Source of the DNA: Thermoleophilia bacterium UBA2241
GTDB taxonomy: Bacteria; Actinomycetota; Thermoleophilia; UBA2241
Length of the DNA: 64,000 nucleotides
Assembly: GCA_002347645.1 (NCBI GenBank)
Contig: DDYF01000039.1
Location: forward strand, 68,541 to 132,540
Direction: 5' to 3'
Shown piece by piece: positions 10,174-19,132 of this stretch. Below the pieces are notes generated by a model. That model worked only from the letters and a program-made list of their open reading frames with translations. It was not told where the DNA came from and ran no database searches. The position numbers and the translations under genes were made by a program. The first letter of the stretch is position 1, and every line of letters starts with the position of its first letter.

Positions 10174-11424
10174 ATGTTCTTCGTCAGCAAGCTGCTCGGC
10201 AGTCCGGTCAAGGATGCCGAAGAGAAGACGGTCGGCAGCCTGTACGACGTCGTCGTCAGCACCCGGCCCGCCTACCCCCGCGTCACCGCGCTCGCGGTCA
10301 AGCGGCGCGGCAAGCTGGTGTTCGCCCCTTGGGACACGGTCTCCAGCTTCGAAGAGTCGGGCACGCTGCTCCGTATCGCCGGCGGCGACCTTGCCGAGCG
10401 CGCCCTCGCGCGCGACGAGCTCATGCTCGCCGACGCCTTCCTCGACAAGCAGCTCGTCGACACCGAGGGCCGCAAGGTCATCCGTGTCAACGACATCCAG
10501 CTCGTCCGTACCGGGCGGCACGTGCACGTCGCCGCCGTCGACGTCTCGAGCGGTGCGATCCTGCGCCGCGTCGGGCTCGCGCGCGTGAGCGAGCGGCTGA
10601 CCAAGGGGCGGCAGAAGCCGCGCCCGCGACTCATCGACTGGCGCGACGTCGACCTCGAGCAGACCGACGACAGTTCCGTCCGCCTCACCGTCCCCCGCAC
10701 CAAACTCGAGCTGCTGCATCCTGCCGACATCGCGGATCTGGTGCACGAGCTCTCCCCCGAGGAGCGGGCGGCCGTCCTCGACGCCCTCGACGACGAGGTC
10801 GCGGCCGACGCCTTCGAAGAGATGCACCCGTCGTTCCAGGCGTCGCTACTCATCGACCTGCCGGACGACAAGGCGCGGGAACTCCTCGGCAACATGTCGC
10901 CCGACGACGCGGCAGACCTCCTTGCGGACCTTCCGGACGAGCGCCGCGCCCACCTCATCGCCATGATGGAGAAGGACGACGCCGACGACATGCGGGAGCT
11001 GCTCAGCTACCCCGAGGACTCCGCCGGCGGCATCATGACGCCGGACTTCGCCTGGGTGAAGCTCGACGCGACCGCCGCCGAGGCGCTCGAGAGCCTGCGC
11101 GCGCAGGACGAGGAGGTCGAGACCGTCTACTACATCTACGTGCTCGACCGCTCCGAGAAGCTGCGCGGCGTCTTCTCGCTGCGGCAGTTGCTGATGGCCC
11201 CGCCCGAGCGCAAGGTCCGCGACTTCATGACCGAGAACCCGGTCGCCGTGCGCACGGACGCGACCGAGGAGGAGGTCACGCAGCTGATCGCCAAGTACAA
11301 TCTCCTGGCGCTCCCCGTGGTCGACGAAGAGGAGCGCTTGCACGGCATCATCACCATCGACGACGCCATCGACCTGGTGCTTCCGCTCGCCTGGAAGAAG
11401 CGCCTGCCGAGGATCTTCCATTGA
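10174..11424 (+). CDS. Soluble PRC-barrel + MgtE N-terminal domain + CBS-pair protein, the cytoplasmic sensor half of MgtE without the transmembrane pore
   Basis: ATG at 10174 is preceded by an AAAGGGGG Shine-Dalgarno. The MgtE_N acidic helical domain (LHPADIADLVHELSPEERAAVLDALDDEVAADAFEEM...) is followed by two CBS motifs. The protein ends ...LVLPLAWKKRLPRIFH with no hydrophobic MgtE membrane domain. Confidence 0.75.
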   Translation: MFFVSKLLGSPVKDAEEKTVGSLYDVVVSTRPAYPRVTALAVKRRGKLVFAPWDTVSSFEESGTLLRIAGGDLAERALARDELMLADAFLDKQLVDTEGRKVIRVNDIQLVRTGRHVHVAAVDVSSGAILRRVGLARVSERLTKGRQKPRPRLIDWRDVDLEQTDDSSVRLTVPRTKLELLHPADIADLVHELSPEERAAVLDALDDEVAADAFEEMHPSFQASLLIDLPDDKARELLGNMSPDDAADLLADLPDERRAHLIAMMEKDDADDMRELLSYPEDSAGGIMTPDFAWVKLDATAAEALESLRAQDEEVETVYYIYVLDRSEKLRGVFSLRQLLMAPPERKVRDFMTENPVAVRTDATEEEVTQLIAKYNLLALPVVDEEERLHGIITIDDAIDLVLPLAWKKRLPRIFH

Positions 11425-11434
11425 GGAGGCCTCG

Positions 11435-12703
11435 ATGGCGCAGTCGCTCCGCAGGCTAGACCGGCGCGTCGCTCGCCGGGTCGGCCGCTCCCGCCTGCTC
11501 GTCGCTCTGGCGATGCTGGGCCCTGGTCTGATCGCGGCCAATGCCGGCAACGACGCCGGTGGCATCACCACCTGGTCGGTGATCGGGTCACGGTACGGCT
11601 ACAGCATGATCTGGATCCTCGTCCTGATCACGCCGGTGCTCGCCGTCGTGCAGGAGATGAACGCCCGGGTCGGCGTGGTGACGGGACGCGGGCTGGCCGG
11701 GCTCATCCGCGAGAACTTCAGCCTCAAGGTGACGGCGCTCGCGATCCTCGCCACGGCGCTCGCGAACTTCGGCACCACCGTGGCGGAGTTCTCCGGCATC
11801 GCCGCCGCCGGCAGCCTGTTCCACGTCCCGCCGTACGTCGGCGTCCCCGTCGTGGCCCTCGCCGTGTGGCTGCTCGTCACCCGGGGCTCGTATCACAAGG
11901 TGGAGCGCGTCCTGCTCGCCCTCGGTTTCGTCCTCGTCACGTACGTCATCGCCGGCCTCATCGCGGGCCCCGACTGGGGGGCCGCGGCGCGCGGTGCTGT
12001 CACCCCGCGGCCCCAGTTCGATTCGCTCTGGCTGTTCACGGCGATCGCCGCCGTGGGGACGACGCTCACCCCGTGGGGCCAGTTCTTCATCCAGGCGGCG
12101 GTCGTCGACAAGAAGATCACGCTGCGCCAGTACGTGTACACGAAGTACGAGATCTACGCAGGCTCGGTCATCATGACCGGCATCGACTTCTTCATCGTCG
12201 TCGCCTGCGCCTCGGTGCTCTACAAGGAGGGCGTCGTCGTGGAGTCGGCGCAGGAGGCGGCGAGGGCCCTCGAGCCGCTCCTCGGCCTCGCCGCCCGCTA
12301 CCTCTTCGGCGTCGGCCTGCTGGCCGTCTCGATCCTCGCCGCCGGCGTGCTGCCGCTCGCCACGGCCTACGTCGTCTGCGAGGCCTTCGGCTTCGAGTCA
12401 GGCCTCGACACCTCGTTCCGCGAGGCGCCGGTCTTCAACGGCATCATCACGTTCTTCATGTTCGTGCCGGCGGTCGTCGCGATGATCCCCGGGCTGCCCC
12501 TGGTCAAGGTGATCCTCGTGGCGCAGACCCTGAACGGTGTGCTCCTGCCCGTGATCCTGCTGTTCACGCTCAGGATGGTCAACAACCCCCGCGTGATGGG
12601 CGAGCACGTCAACGGACCGGGACGGAACGCGATCGCCTGGGGGTTCTCCGTCGTCCTGGTCGGGCTGAGCGCCGTGCTCGTCCTCTCGCCGCTCTTCGCC
12701 TAG
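11435..12703 (+). CDS. NRAMP (SLC11)-family divalent-cation transporter, likely an NRAMP-related Mg2+ transporter given the M-box
   Basis: 422 aa with about 11 transmembrane helices and the Nramp signature GPGLIAANAGNDAGGI (the DPGN-region analogue). It starts 10 nt after the upstream stop, behind a GGAGG Shine-Dalgarno. Confidence 0.8.
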   Translation: MAQSLRRLDRRVARRVGRSRLLVALAMLGPGLIAANAGNDAGGITTWSVIGSRYGYSMIWILVLITPVLAVVQEMNARVGVVTGRGLAGLIRENFSLKVTALAILATALANFGTTVAEFSGIAAAGSLFHVPPYVGVPVVALAVWLLVTRGSYHKVERVLLALGFVLVTYVIAGLIAGPDWGAAARGAVTPRPQFDSLWLFTAIAAVGTTLTPWGQFFIQAAVVDKKITLRQYVYTKYEIYAGSVIMTGIDFFIVVACASVLYKEGVVVESAQEAARALEPLLGLAARYLFGVGLLAVSILAAGVLPLATAYVVCEAFGFESGLDTSFREAPVFNGIITFFMFVPAVVAMIPGLPLVKVILVAQTLNGVLLPVILLFTLRMVNNPRVMGEHVNGPGRNAIAWGFSVVLVGLSAVLVLSPLFA

Positions 12704-12752
12704 CGAGGCGCCCGCTGCCGGAAGCCCGGCGCAGACGGCCGGGGTGCGGCGC

Positions 12753-13718
12753 TCAGGATCCGTCGACGCGCTCGTGCGAGCGCGGCTCGATGTGCACGAG
12801 CACGTCCGCGTTGGGGATGCAGGCACGGATGTCGGCAGCGATGTGTTCGGCGACATCGTGCGCCTCGCCGACACGCAGCGACTCGTCGACCGTGATGTGC
12901 AGGTCGATGTGCCGGCGGCTGCCGGCCTTGCGGGCGCGCAACCGGTGATAGCCGGAGATGATCGTCCCTTGGTGGTCCTTGATGCAGCGCCGGATCTCGT
13001 CGAGCTCGTCCGGCGCGAGGGTCTCGTCGAGGAGGACCCGGGCGGAGCCCATGACGAGCAGGTAGCCCGTACGGACGATGAGGACGGCGACCGCCATCGC
13101 CGCGACGGGGTCGATCCACTCGATGCCGGTCAGCCTGACGAGCAGCAGGCCTCCAGCGACGCCGAACGAGGTGTAGACGTCGGTCAGCAGATGGGCGGCA
13201 TCGGCCTCGAGCGCCGCCGACTGGGTGCGCCGCGCCACCGGATACAGCACGCCGCGCGAGACGACGAGGTTGACGACCCCCGACACGGCCATGACCGCGA
13301 TCCCCAGCCAGACGAAGTCGATGGTCACGCCCTCGAGCAGCTTGCGGAGGGCCTCGACGATGATCACCGCGGCGGCGCCGATGATCAACAGGGCCTCGAC
13401 CACGCCGGACACGTTCTCGACCTTCTCGTGCCCGTAGTGATGGTGCTCGTCCGGCGGCTGGGCCGCCCGGCGCACGGCCAGGAAGGCGATCACGGCGGCG
13501 ATGAGGTCCGACCCGGAGTGCAGAGCCTCGGAGAGGATCGCGATGGAGCCGGTGAGGACAGCGACGACGACCTTGAAGGCGATGAGCAGCGCGTTCGAGA
13601 CGATCGAGACCGTGGCGGCCCGGGACTTGAGGCCGTGGTCGACGACGTCGTCGTGAGCGTTCGGCGTCGAGGTGACGCCGACGGATGCCCTACGTCGCGA
13701 CCCCGTCAGGCCCATCAT
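12753..13718 (-). CDS. Cation diffusion facilitator (CDF) family metal efflux transporter. Start moved to the internal MMGLTG...
   Basis: It has six transmembrane helices, an HSGSDL motif in TM2, and a DxxHxxTD-like LLTDVYTSFG block in TM5. The C-terminal cytoplasmic domain carries an HIEP motif. Confidence 0.8.
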   Translation of the reverse strand: MMGLTGSRRRASVGVTSTPNAHDDVVDHGLKSRAATVSIVSNALLIAFKVVVAVLTGSIAILSEALHSGSDLIAAVIAFLAVRRAAQPPDEHHHYGHEKVENVSGVVEALLIIGAAAVIIVEALRKLLEGVTIDFVWLGIAVMAVSGVVNLVVSRGVLYPVARRTQSAALEADAAHLLTDVYTSFGVAGGLLLVRLTGIEWIDPVAAMAVAVLIVRTGYLLVMGSARVLLDETLAPDELDEIRRCIKDHQGTIISGYHRLRARKAGSRRHIDLHITVDESLRVGEAHDVAEHIAADIRACIPNADVLVHIEPRSHERVDGS

Positions 13719-14373
13719 CGAGCAGTCCCTCCCGTCGCATGCGTTCGAGGAGGGCCTTCCCGGCCAGAGCGCGGTGGCTGGCCTGGTCCTTCTGCTCCTG
13801 TGGCCACTGGGCCACAGTGAGGTCTGACCCCTCCGGGACGAAGACGGGGTCGTAGCCGAACCCGCCCTCACCGCGCGGCGCCTCGGCGATGGCGCCCCAC
13901 CAGTATCCCGTCACCTCGTATTCTTCCATCCTTGAGGTGACGGCGACAAGCGTGCAGACGAAGCGTGCGCGACGGGCGAGAGGGCCGGCGCAGCCGGCGA
14001 GCTCGCCCAGGAGGCGCTCGTAGTTGGCGCGGTCGGCGCCGGACCCTTCTACGCCCGCGTAGCGCGCGCTCGTGACCCCCGGCGCCCACCCCAGCGCCTC
14101 GACCTCCAGGCCCGAATCGTCGGCGAAGAAGAGGACGTCGTCGAGCACGCCGCCCGGCGACGCGACCGTCGACGCCAGCGACGGGTCGGCGAGAACGGCG
14201 CGCCCGAGCGCCACGGCCTTGAGACGGGCGTTGGCCGCGAAGGACTCAGTCCCCTCGGGCGGCGGCCTGACGCCGTCGGGCATGGGGACCACGTCGTACG
14301 GACCGAGGATCGCACGGAACTCCCGGAGCTTGTGGCGGTTGCCGCTGGCGAGGACGAAGCGCACGCGTCGCAC
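13690..14373 (-). CDS. rdgB: Non-canonical purine NTP pyrophosphatase (RdgB/HAM1, ITPase)
   Basis: 227 aa with LASGNRHKLREF, FGYDPVF and the SHRA motif. GTG start. It sits immediately downstream of rph, a conserved actinobacterial pairing. Confidence 0.85.
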   Translation of the reverse strand: MRRVRFVLASGNRHKLREFRAILGPYDVVPMPDGVRPPPEGTESFAANARLKAVALGRAVLADPSLASTVASPGGVLDDVLFFADDSGLEVEALGWAPGVTSARYAGVEGSGADRANYERLLGELAGCAGPLARRARFVCTLVAVTSRMEEYEVTGYWWGAIAEAPRGEGGFGYDPVFVPEGSDLTVAQWPQEQKDQASHRALAGKALLERMRREGLLDDGPDGVAT

Positions 14374-14374
14374 C

Positions 14375-15094
14375 TCAGCCGAGCTGGGCGACGGCCGCCG
14401 CCTGGGCCGCCGCGATGGCGGCCGCCCCCGCGGCGGCCAGACCCAGCATCTCGTCGAGCGTGGCGCGCGTGAACGGCTCGCCCTCGGCCGTGGCCTGCAC
14501 CTCGACGAGGCGGCCGTCGCCGGTCACGACCACGTTCATGTCGACCTCGGCGGCCGAGTCCTCTTCGTAGTCGAGGTCGAGCAGCAGCCGGCCGTCGGCG
14601 TAGCCCACCGACACTGCGGCGACCGAGTCGAACAGCGGGAGCTGCGCGAGACCGTTCATCTCCTGGAGCACGCGCACGGCCTGATGGATCGCGACGTAGG
14701 CTCCGCTGATGCTCGCCGTGCGCGTCCCGCCGTCGGCCTGCAGCACGTCGCAGTCGACGGCGATCGTGCGCTCGCCGATGATGCCGAGGTCGACCACGGC
14801 ACGCAGACTCCGCCCGATGAGGCGCTGGATCTCCATCGTACGACCCGACTGGCGGCCGCGCACCGCCTCGCGCGGCGTGCGCGCCGGCGTCGCTCCCGGA
14901 AGCATGCTGTACTCGGCCGTGAGCCACCCCCGGCCGGAGCCCCGCAGCCACGGCGGGACGCCCTCCGAAAGCGACGCGGTGCAGAGCACGTGCGTGTCGC
15001 CGAGCTCGATCCGCGCCGACCCCGCGGCGAACTTCGCCACTCGGGGCGTGATCTTGAGCGGCCGGAGCTCGTCGGCCTTGCGTCCGCTCCTCAC
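14375..15094 (-). CDS. rph: Ribonuclease PH
   Basis: The C-terminal 240 aa of ORF 14375..15967 read [41 protein letters not shown]...[25 protein letters not shown] start at 15094 behind a GGAGGA Shine-Dalgarno. Confidence 0.9.
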   Translation of the reverse strand: MRSGRKADELRPLKITPRVAKFAAGSARIELGDTHVLCTASLSEGVPPWLRGSGRGWLTAEYSMLPGATPARTPREAVRGRQSGRTMEIQRLIGRSLRAVVDLGIIGERTIAVDCDVLQADGGTRTASISGAYVAIHQAVRVLQEMNGLAQLPLFDSVAAVSVGYADGRLLLDLDYEEDSAAEVDMNVVVTGDGRLVEVQATAEGEPFTRATLDEMLGLAAAGAAAIAAAQAAAVAQLG

Positions 15095-15615
15095 CTCGTC
15101 CTCCTCGCCTCGTCGCCGCCGTGCAGCGCAGCCGGCGGGGTGCCTCCCGGCAGGCCGAGCCTGCCGTCGTGACGGCGCAGGGCTGCAAGCAGCGCGGCAC
15201 CGCCGGTGAACAGTACCACGGCCTCGCCGAGGCTCACGAACGCGACCCCGTACCAGAACGGCACGTCGGCCAGGAGGGCGAGCTCGAAGCCCACGCCGAG
15301 GCCGTTCACGACGACGGGGACGACCAAGGACGGCCAGCGCGGCCCGAGACGCCACATGACATAGGTCGCGACACTCGTGAGCGCCGCCCCGAACGGCACG
15401 TCGAGCACGGCGATCGGGCTGGCGACGTTGGCGATCGCCGTGCCCACCGTCAGGCCCGCGATCGCGGCCGGGTCGAAACAGGCGAACACGGTGAGCACCT
15501 CGCTCACGCGGAATTGGACCGGTCCGTAGGCGATGGCGCTCAGGCCCGGAGCGAGAGTGAGGCCCGCGTAGACGGCGGCGTACAGCGCGGCGCGGGCAAG
15601 CAGCCGCGCGCTCAC
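15091..15615 (-). CDS. Hypothetical small polytopic membrane protein, 174 aa
   Basis: About five hydrophobic helices. GTG start overlaps the murI stop (GTGA). It occupies the murI-rph slot. Confidence 0.45.
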   Translation of the reverse strand: MSARLLARAALYAAVYAGLTLAPGLSAIAYGPVQFRVSEVLTVFACFDPAAIAGLTVGTAIANVASPIAVLDVPFGAALTSVATYVMWRLGPRWPSLVVPVVVNGLGVGFELALLADVPFWYGVAFVSLGEAVVLFTGGAALLAALRRHDGRLGLPGGTPPAALHGGDEARRTR

Positions 15616-16463
15616 GCCTGCGAGGCGGCCAGCTCGTCGAGACCCACCTGCACGACCTCGTCGAGCGGCATCTGCAGGAAGCGCGCGCCGACGGCGCGGA
15701 ACGCCGCGGTGTCGCCGGTGCAGAAGAACCGGTACTCGCCTTCACGGTCCTCGCGACGTGCGACGCCCCGACGCTCGAGGATCGCCTCGACCTCCAGGGC
15801 GACCTCGGCCGCCGGGTTGACGAGCGTGACGTCGCGCCCGAGGTGGCGCTGCAGCAGCGGCGCGACCACGGGGTAGTGCGTGCATCCCATGATGACCACG
15901 TCGGGGCGCTTCCGCTTGAGCGGCGCCGTGAAGGCGCGCACGGCATCGGCGACCTCACGGCTCGCAACGTCGCCGTCCTGGATGAACTGCGCCAGGCCGG
16001 GGCAGGCCTGCTGGTGGACCTCCGCGCCGGCGTCCAGTCCGAGCACGGCCTGGACGTAGCTACCGCTGTTCACCGTCGCCTCGGTGGCCATCACGCCGAT
16101 GCGCCGGTACCGCGACGTCTGCACGGCGGCCCGGGCGCCCGGCATCACCACGCCCACGATGGGCGTGGAGAAGCGTTCCTGCAGGCGCGGCAGGGCGGCC
16201 GCCGTCGCCGAGTAGCAGGCGACCACGATGAGCTTGACGCCCCCACGCTCGAGGAAGCGGGCGATCTGGTCGGCGTAGAGCTCGAGCTCGGCCTGTGACT
16301 TGGAACCGTACGGGAAGCGCGCCGTGTCTCCAAAGTAGACGAAATCCTCGGACGGCATGGCGACGAGGCACTCATGCAGCACGGTGAGGCCGCCGATGCC
16401 CGAATCGAACATGCCGATGGGCAGGCGGACGAGGTCCTGGGTGTCGGTGCGGTCCTGGGTCAT
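15612..16463 (-). CDS. murI: Glutamate racemase
   Basis: [13 protein letters not shown] (Asp and Ser/Cys catalytic region) and [10 protein letters not shown] (second catalytic Cys). Start taken at the internal ATG ([10 protein letters not shown]...) inside ORF 15612..16538. Confidence 0.85.
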   Translation of the reverse strand: MTQDRTDTQDLVRLPIGMFDSGIGGLTVLHECLVAMPSEDFVYFGDTARFPYGSKSQAELELYADQIARFLERGGVKLIVVACYSATAAALPRLQERFSTPIVGVVMPGARAAVQTSRYRRIGVMATEATVNSGSYVQAVLGLDAGAEVHQQACPGLAQFIQDGDVASREVADAVRAFTAPLKRKRPDVVIMGCTHYPVVAPLLQRHLGRDVTLVNPAAEVALEVEAILERRGVARREDREGEYRFFCTGDTAAFRAVGARFLQMPLDEVVQVGLDELAASQA

Positions 16464-16611
16464 GGTCAGGGGCCGGCGCGGCGCCACGGTAGTATACCGC
16501 CCCGTCCGCGCCGGCCCTTCGACACCGGCGGGCAGCACCCCATCGAATGTCCCATCCTCGGGCCCTCAAGCCGCCACCGGCGCCGGCCGATACCGCCCTT
16601 GACGGAGCCGG

Positions 16612-17088
16612 ATGGACAACGCGGACAGGACCATGGACGACTTCAAGATCGAGCTCTTCATCTTCCCGGACGGCACGCAGGTCGAGATGATGGTGTTCGA
16701 CCGGCCGACGGCCGGGGCCGTGCGGCCCGCCACGTCCGCACAGGTCTCGTGTTGCGCGGTCGATCAGGCGTCGGCGTCGCCCACGGCGGACGAGGACGCC
16801 GACGTCCACGTCTGCCCCGTCTGTCGCAGCGACTTCGTGCAGCCGGTGGACTGGCGCCGTACCGGCGAGGCGACGTGGGACGTGCGCCTTCGCTGTCCCG
16901 AGTGCGAGGCGGTGCGCGACGTCGCCCTGCAACGCCCCGCCGTAGAGCGGCTCAGCCGCGACCTGTACCACGGCGCGCAGGAGCTCGCGCGCGAGGCCCA
17001 GCGGGTCGGCCGGCGCAACTTCGAAGACGAGGCACGCCGCTTCATCATCGCGCTGCAGCGCGGCGACATCCAGCCGCTGGATTTCTGA
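16612..17088 (+). CDS. Hypothetical protein with a CPxC...CPEC zinc-ribbon
   Basis: 158 aa with CPVCRSDF...CPECEAV. No family assigned. Confidence 0.4.
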   Translation: MDNADRTMDDFKIELFIFPDGTQVEMMVFDRPTAGAVRPATSAQVSCCAVDQASASPTADEDADVHVCPVCRSDFVQPVDWRRTGEATWDVRLRCPECEAVRDVALQRPAVERLSRDLYHGAQELAREAQRVGRRNFEDEARRFIIALQRGDIQPLDF

Positions 17089-17120
17089 ACGGCCGGGCCG
17101 GCGGCGTCCGCCGGCCGTCC

Positions 17121-18026
17121 TCACGCCGCCGGCGCCCCTTCCCGCACCCCGCGCCCCGTGTTCGCGACCCACACGCCAAGCATGACGACGACCGCTGCCA
17201 CCGCCTGCCAAGCGGTGAAGCGCTCCCCGAGGAGCGCGTACGCGGCTCCGATGGCCACGACCGGTATCAGGTTGACGAAGACGGCGACCCGGCTCGACTC
17301 CAGAAAGCGGAAGGCGTAGTTGATCAGCAGGTAGGCGAGCAGCGAGCTGAAGACGCTGAGGTACAGGACGCCGGCCACGGCCTCCGACGTCGGGGTCCGA
17401 ACGCCCGCGAGCAGCGCTTCTCCGAGCGCGATGGGCAGCATGAAGAGGGCGCCGAACAGATTCTGGAACGCGGTCACGTACAGCGCGGACCGGGTGAGGA
17501 GCAGGCGCCGTGCCATGAGGTTGTAGACGGCGGCGGTGAGAGCGGCGCCCAGCACCAGGAGGTCGCCGGCCGTGCTGCCGCCTCCGCCGCCGCCGTTCAG
17601 CACCACCAGCCCGGCGACACCGGCGAACGAGAGGGCGATGCCCATCCAGCGTCGACGGCCGGCGTGCTCGCCCAGAACGAGGGCGCCGAGCACGGCGACG
17701 AAGATCGGGATGGTCGCGATGATCAGCGAGGCCTTCGACGCGCTCGTACGCGCCAGGCCGTTGGTCTCGAGGGCGAAGTACAGCGTGAGCGAGACGAAGC
17801 CGAGGACGGCGAGGCGCCCAAGCTCGGCGCGCGTGACCCGTTCCCGTCCCGGACGCCGCCGCCAGACCGCCCACAGGAGACCGCCGGCGACGGTGAAGCG
17901 AAGCAGCGCGACCAGCATCGGCGCGAAGCCCCGGAGCGCATACTTCGTGGCCACGAACGACAGGCCGAACGCGACCGTCATTCCGAGGGCGGCGGCGTAG
18001 GCGGAGACAGGCGGGCGCTGGTCCAC
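17121..18026 (-). CDS. EamA/DMT-superfamily transporter
   Basis: 301 aa with ten predicted helices as two EamA repeats. GTG start. Confidence 0.7.
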   Translation of the reverse strand: MDQRPPVSAYAAALGMTVAFGLSFVATKYALRGFAPMLVALLRFTVAGGLLWAVWRRRPGRERVTRAELGRLAVLGFVSLTLYFALETNGLARTSASKASLIIATIPIFVAVLGALVLGEHAGRRRWMGIALSFAGVAGLVVLNGGGGGGSTAGDLLVLGAALTAAVYNLMARRLLLTRSALYVTAFQNLFGALFMLPIALGEALLAGVRTPTSEAVAGVLYLSVFSSLLAYLLINYAFRFLESSRVAVFVNLIPVVAIGAAYALLGERFTAWQAVAAVVVMLGVWVANTGRGVREGAPAA

Positions 18027-18115
18027 GGCCGGTAGTCTACCGCCGCCCCCCTACCGACCGCCCCGCGCTTCGCGGGCGCCACAGCGCGATGCATGGCGAC
18101 GGGCAGAGACGGGCG

Positions 18116-18192
18116 TGGTGCCCCCGGAAGGATTCGAACCTTCGACCTCGCGCTCCGGAGGCGCGCGCTCTAATCCCCTGAGCTACGAGGGC
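18116..18192 (-). tRNA. tRNA-Arg (anticodon CCG), CCA encoded
   Basis: The reverse complement reads GCCCTCGTAGCTCAGGGGATTAGAGCGCGCGCCTCCGGAGCGCGAGGTCGAAGGTTCGAATCCTTCCGGGGGCACCA. The anticodon loop is CUCCGGA. A CCCGCGcttCGCGGG hairpin lies downstream at about 18060-18075. Confidence 0.85.
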
Positions 18193-18285
18193 ACTGAGGG
18201 GCTGCGATTGTAGCACGGCAGGCTAGGGACCGCGCCGGCAGCGGCCCAGGCTGGTGCCGGCGCGCGCAGACGACGCGCGGCCGCG

Positions 18286-18564
18286 CTACGCGAGGCGGTC
18301 CAGCGCCGCGGCCAGCTCGACGTCGCGGGTCGTCACCCCGCCGGCGCTGTGCGTGGCCAGACGCAGCGTCACCTTGTTGTAGCGGATGTCGATGTCGGGG
18401 TGGTGTTGCATCCCCTCGGCGACGTCCGCCAGCTGCTCGACGAAGTCGACGGCACGGGCGAAGTCGGCGAGGCGGAAGGTCCGTGTCAGCGCCCCGTCCG
18501 CGAAGCCCCAGCCTTCGAGGTCGCCGAGGGCAGCGTCGATCTGCTCTTGCGACAGCACGTCCAT
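18286..18564 (-). CDS. Pterin-4a-carbinolamine dehydratase (PCD/DCoH)
   Basis: 92 aa from the internal ATG of ORF 18286..18885. It carries the EGMQHHPDIDIRYNKVTLRLATH family signature. Confidence 0.8.
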   Translation of the reverse strand: MDVLSQEQIDAALGDLEGWGFADGALTRTFRLADFARAVDFVEQLADVAEGMQHHPDIDIRYNKVTLRLATHSAGGVTTRDVELAAALDRLA

Positions 18565-18598
18565 GAGCCCCTCCGGGTCAGCGTTGCTCCTCCCGGGA

Positions 18599-19069
18599 CT
18601 ACTCTTCCCCGCGGCCGCGCAGGGCACGCTCGACGTCGCGCTGCGCGTCGCGCTTCGCCATATCGGCGCGCTTGTCGTAGAGCTTCTTGCCGCGGGCGAG
18701 GCCGATCTCGACCTTCGCCCGCCCGTCCCTGAAGTACAGCTTCGTCGGCACGATCGTGTACCCGCGCTCGTTGACTTTGCCGGCGATGCGGTCGATCTCG
18801 CGCGCGTGCAGCAGGAGCTTGCGAGGGCGCAGCGGCTCGTGGTTCCAGACGTTGCCCTGGGAGTACGGGCTGATGTGGACACCAAGGAGGAAGAGCTCGC
18901 CGTTGCGGACCTCGGCGTAGCTGTCGCGCAAGTTCACGCGCCCTTCGCGCAGTGACTTCACCTCGGTGCCGACCAGGACGAGGCCCGCCTCGAAGGTCTC
19001 GTCGATGAAGAAGTCGTGGTACGCCTTGCGGTTGCCGGCGACCTGCTTGATGCCCGTCTCTCGCGCCAT
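18599..19069 (-). CDS. smpB: SsrA-binding protein
   Basis: [47 protein letters not shown]... matches SmpB end to end. Start is the internal ATG (MARETGIK), with CAT at 19067-19069. Confidence 0.9.
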   Translation of the reverse strand: MARETGIKQVAGNRKAYHDFFIDETFEAGLVLVGTEVKSLREGRVNLRDSYAEVRNGELFLLGVHISPYSQGNVWNHEPLRPRKLLLHAREIDRIAGKVNERGYTIVPTKLYFRDGRAKVEIGLARGKKLYDKRADMAKRDAQRDVERALRGRGEE

Positions 19070-19132
19070 GGGCCTAGGGTACCGCATCGGGCGAACGGGG
19101 CGCGGCAGCCGCACGGCGCGGCGCCGCGCGGG

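Noticed and set aside
14375-15967. A 530-aa ORF treated as one protein
   Set aside because: Only the C-terminal 240 aa form a bona fide RNase PH, with its own GTG and Shine-Dalgarno. The upstream portion of this frame overlaps the better-supported small membrane protein and murI, which are in other frames.
18193-18285. tmRNA (ssrA) downstream of smpB
   Set aside because: There is no GGGG-initiated tRNA-like acceptor, no resume-codon region and no T-arm/ACCA tail apart from the genuine tRNA-Arg. The gap is far too short for a tmRNA of about 370 nt.
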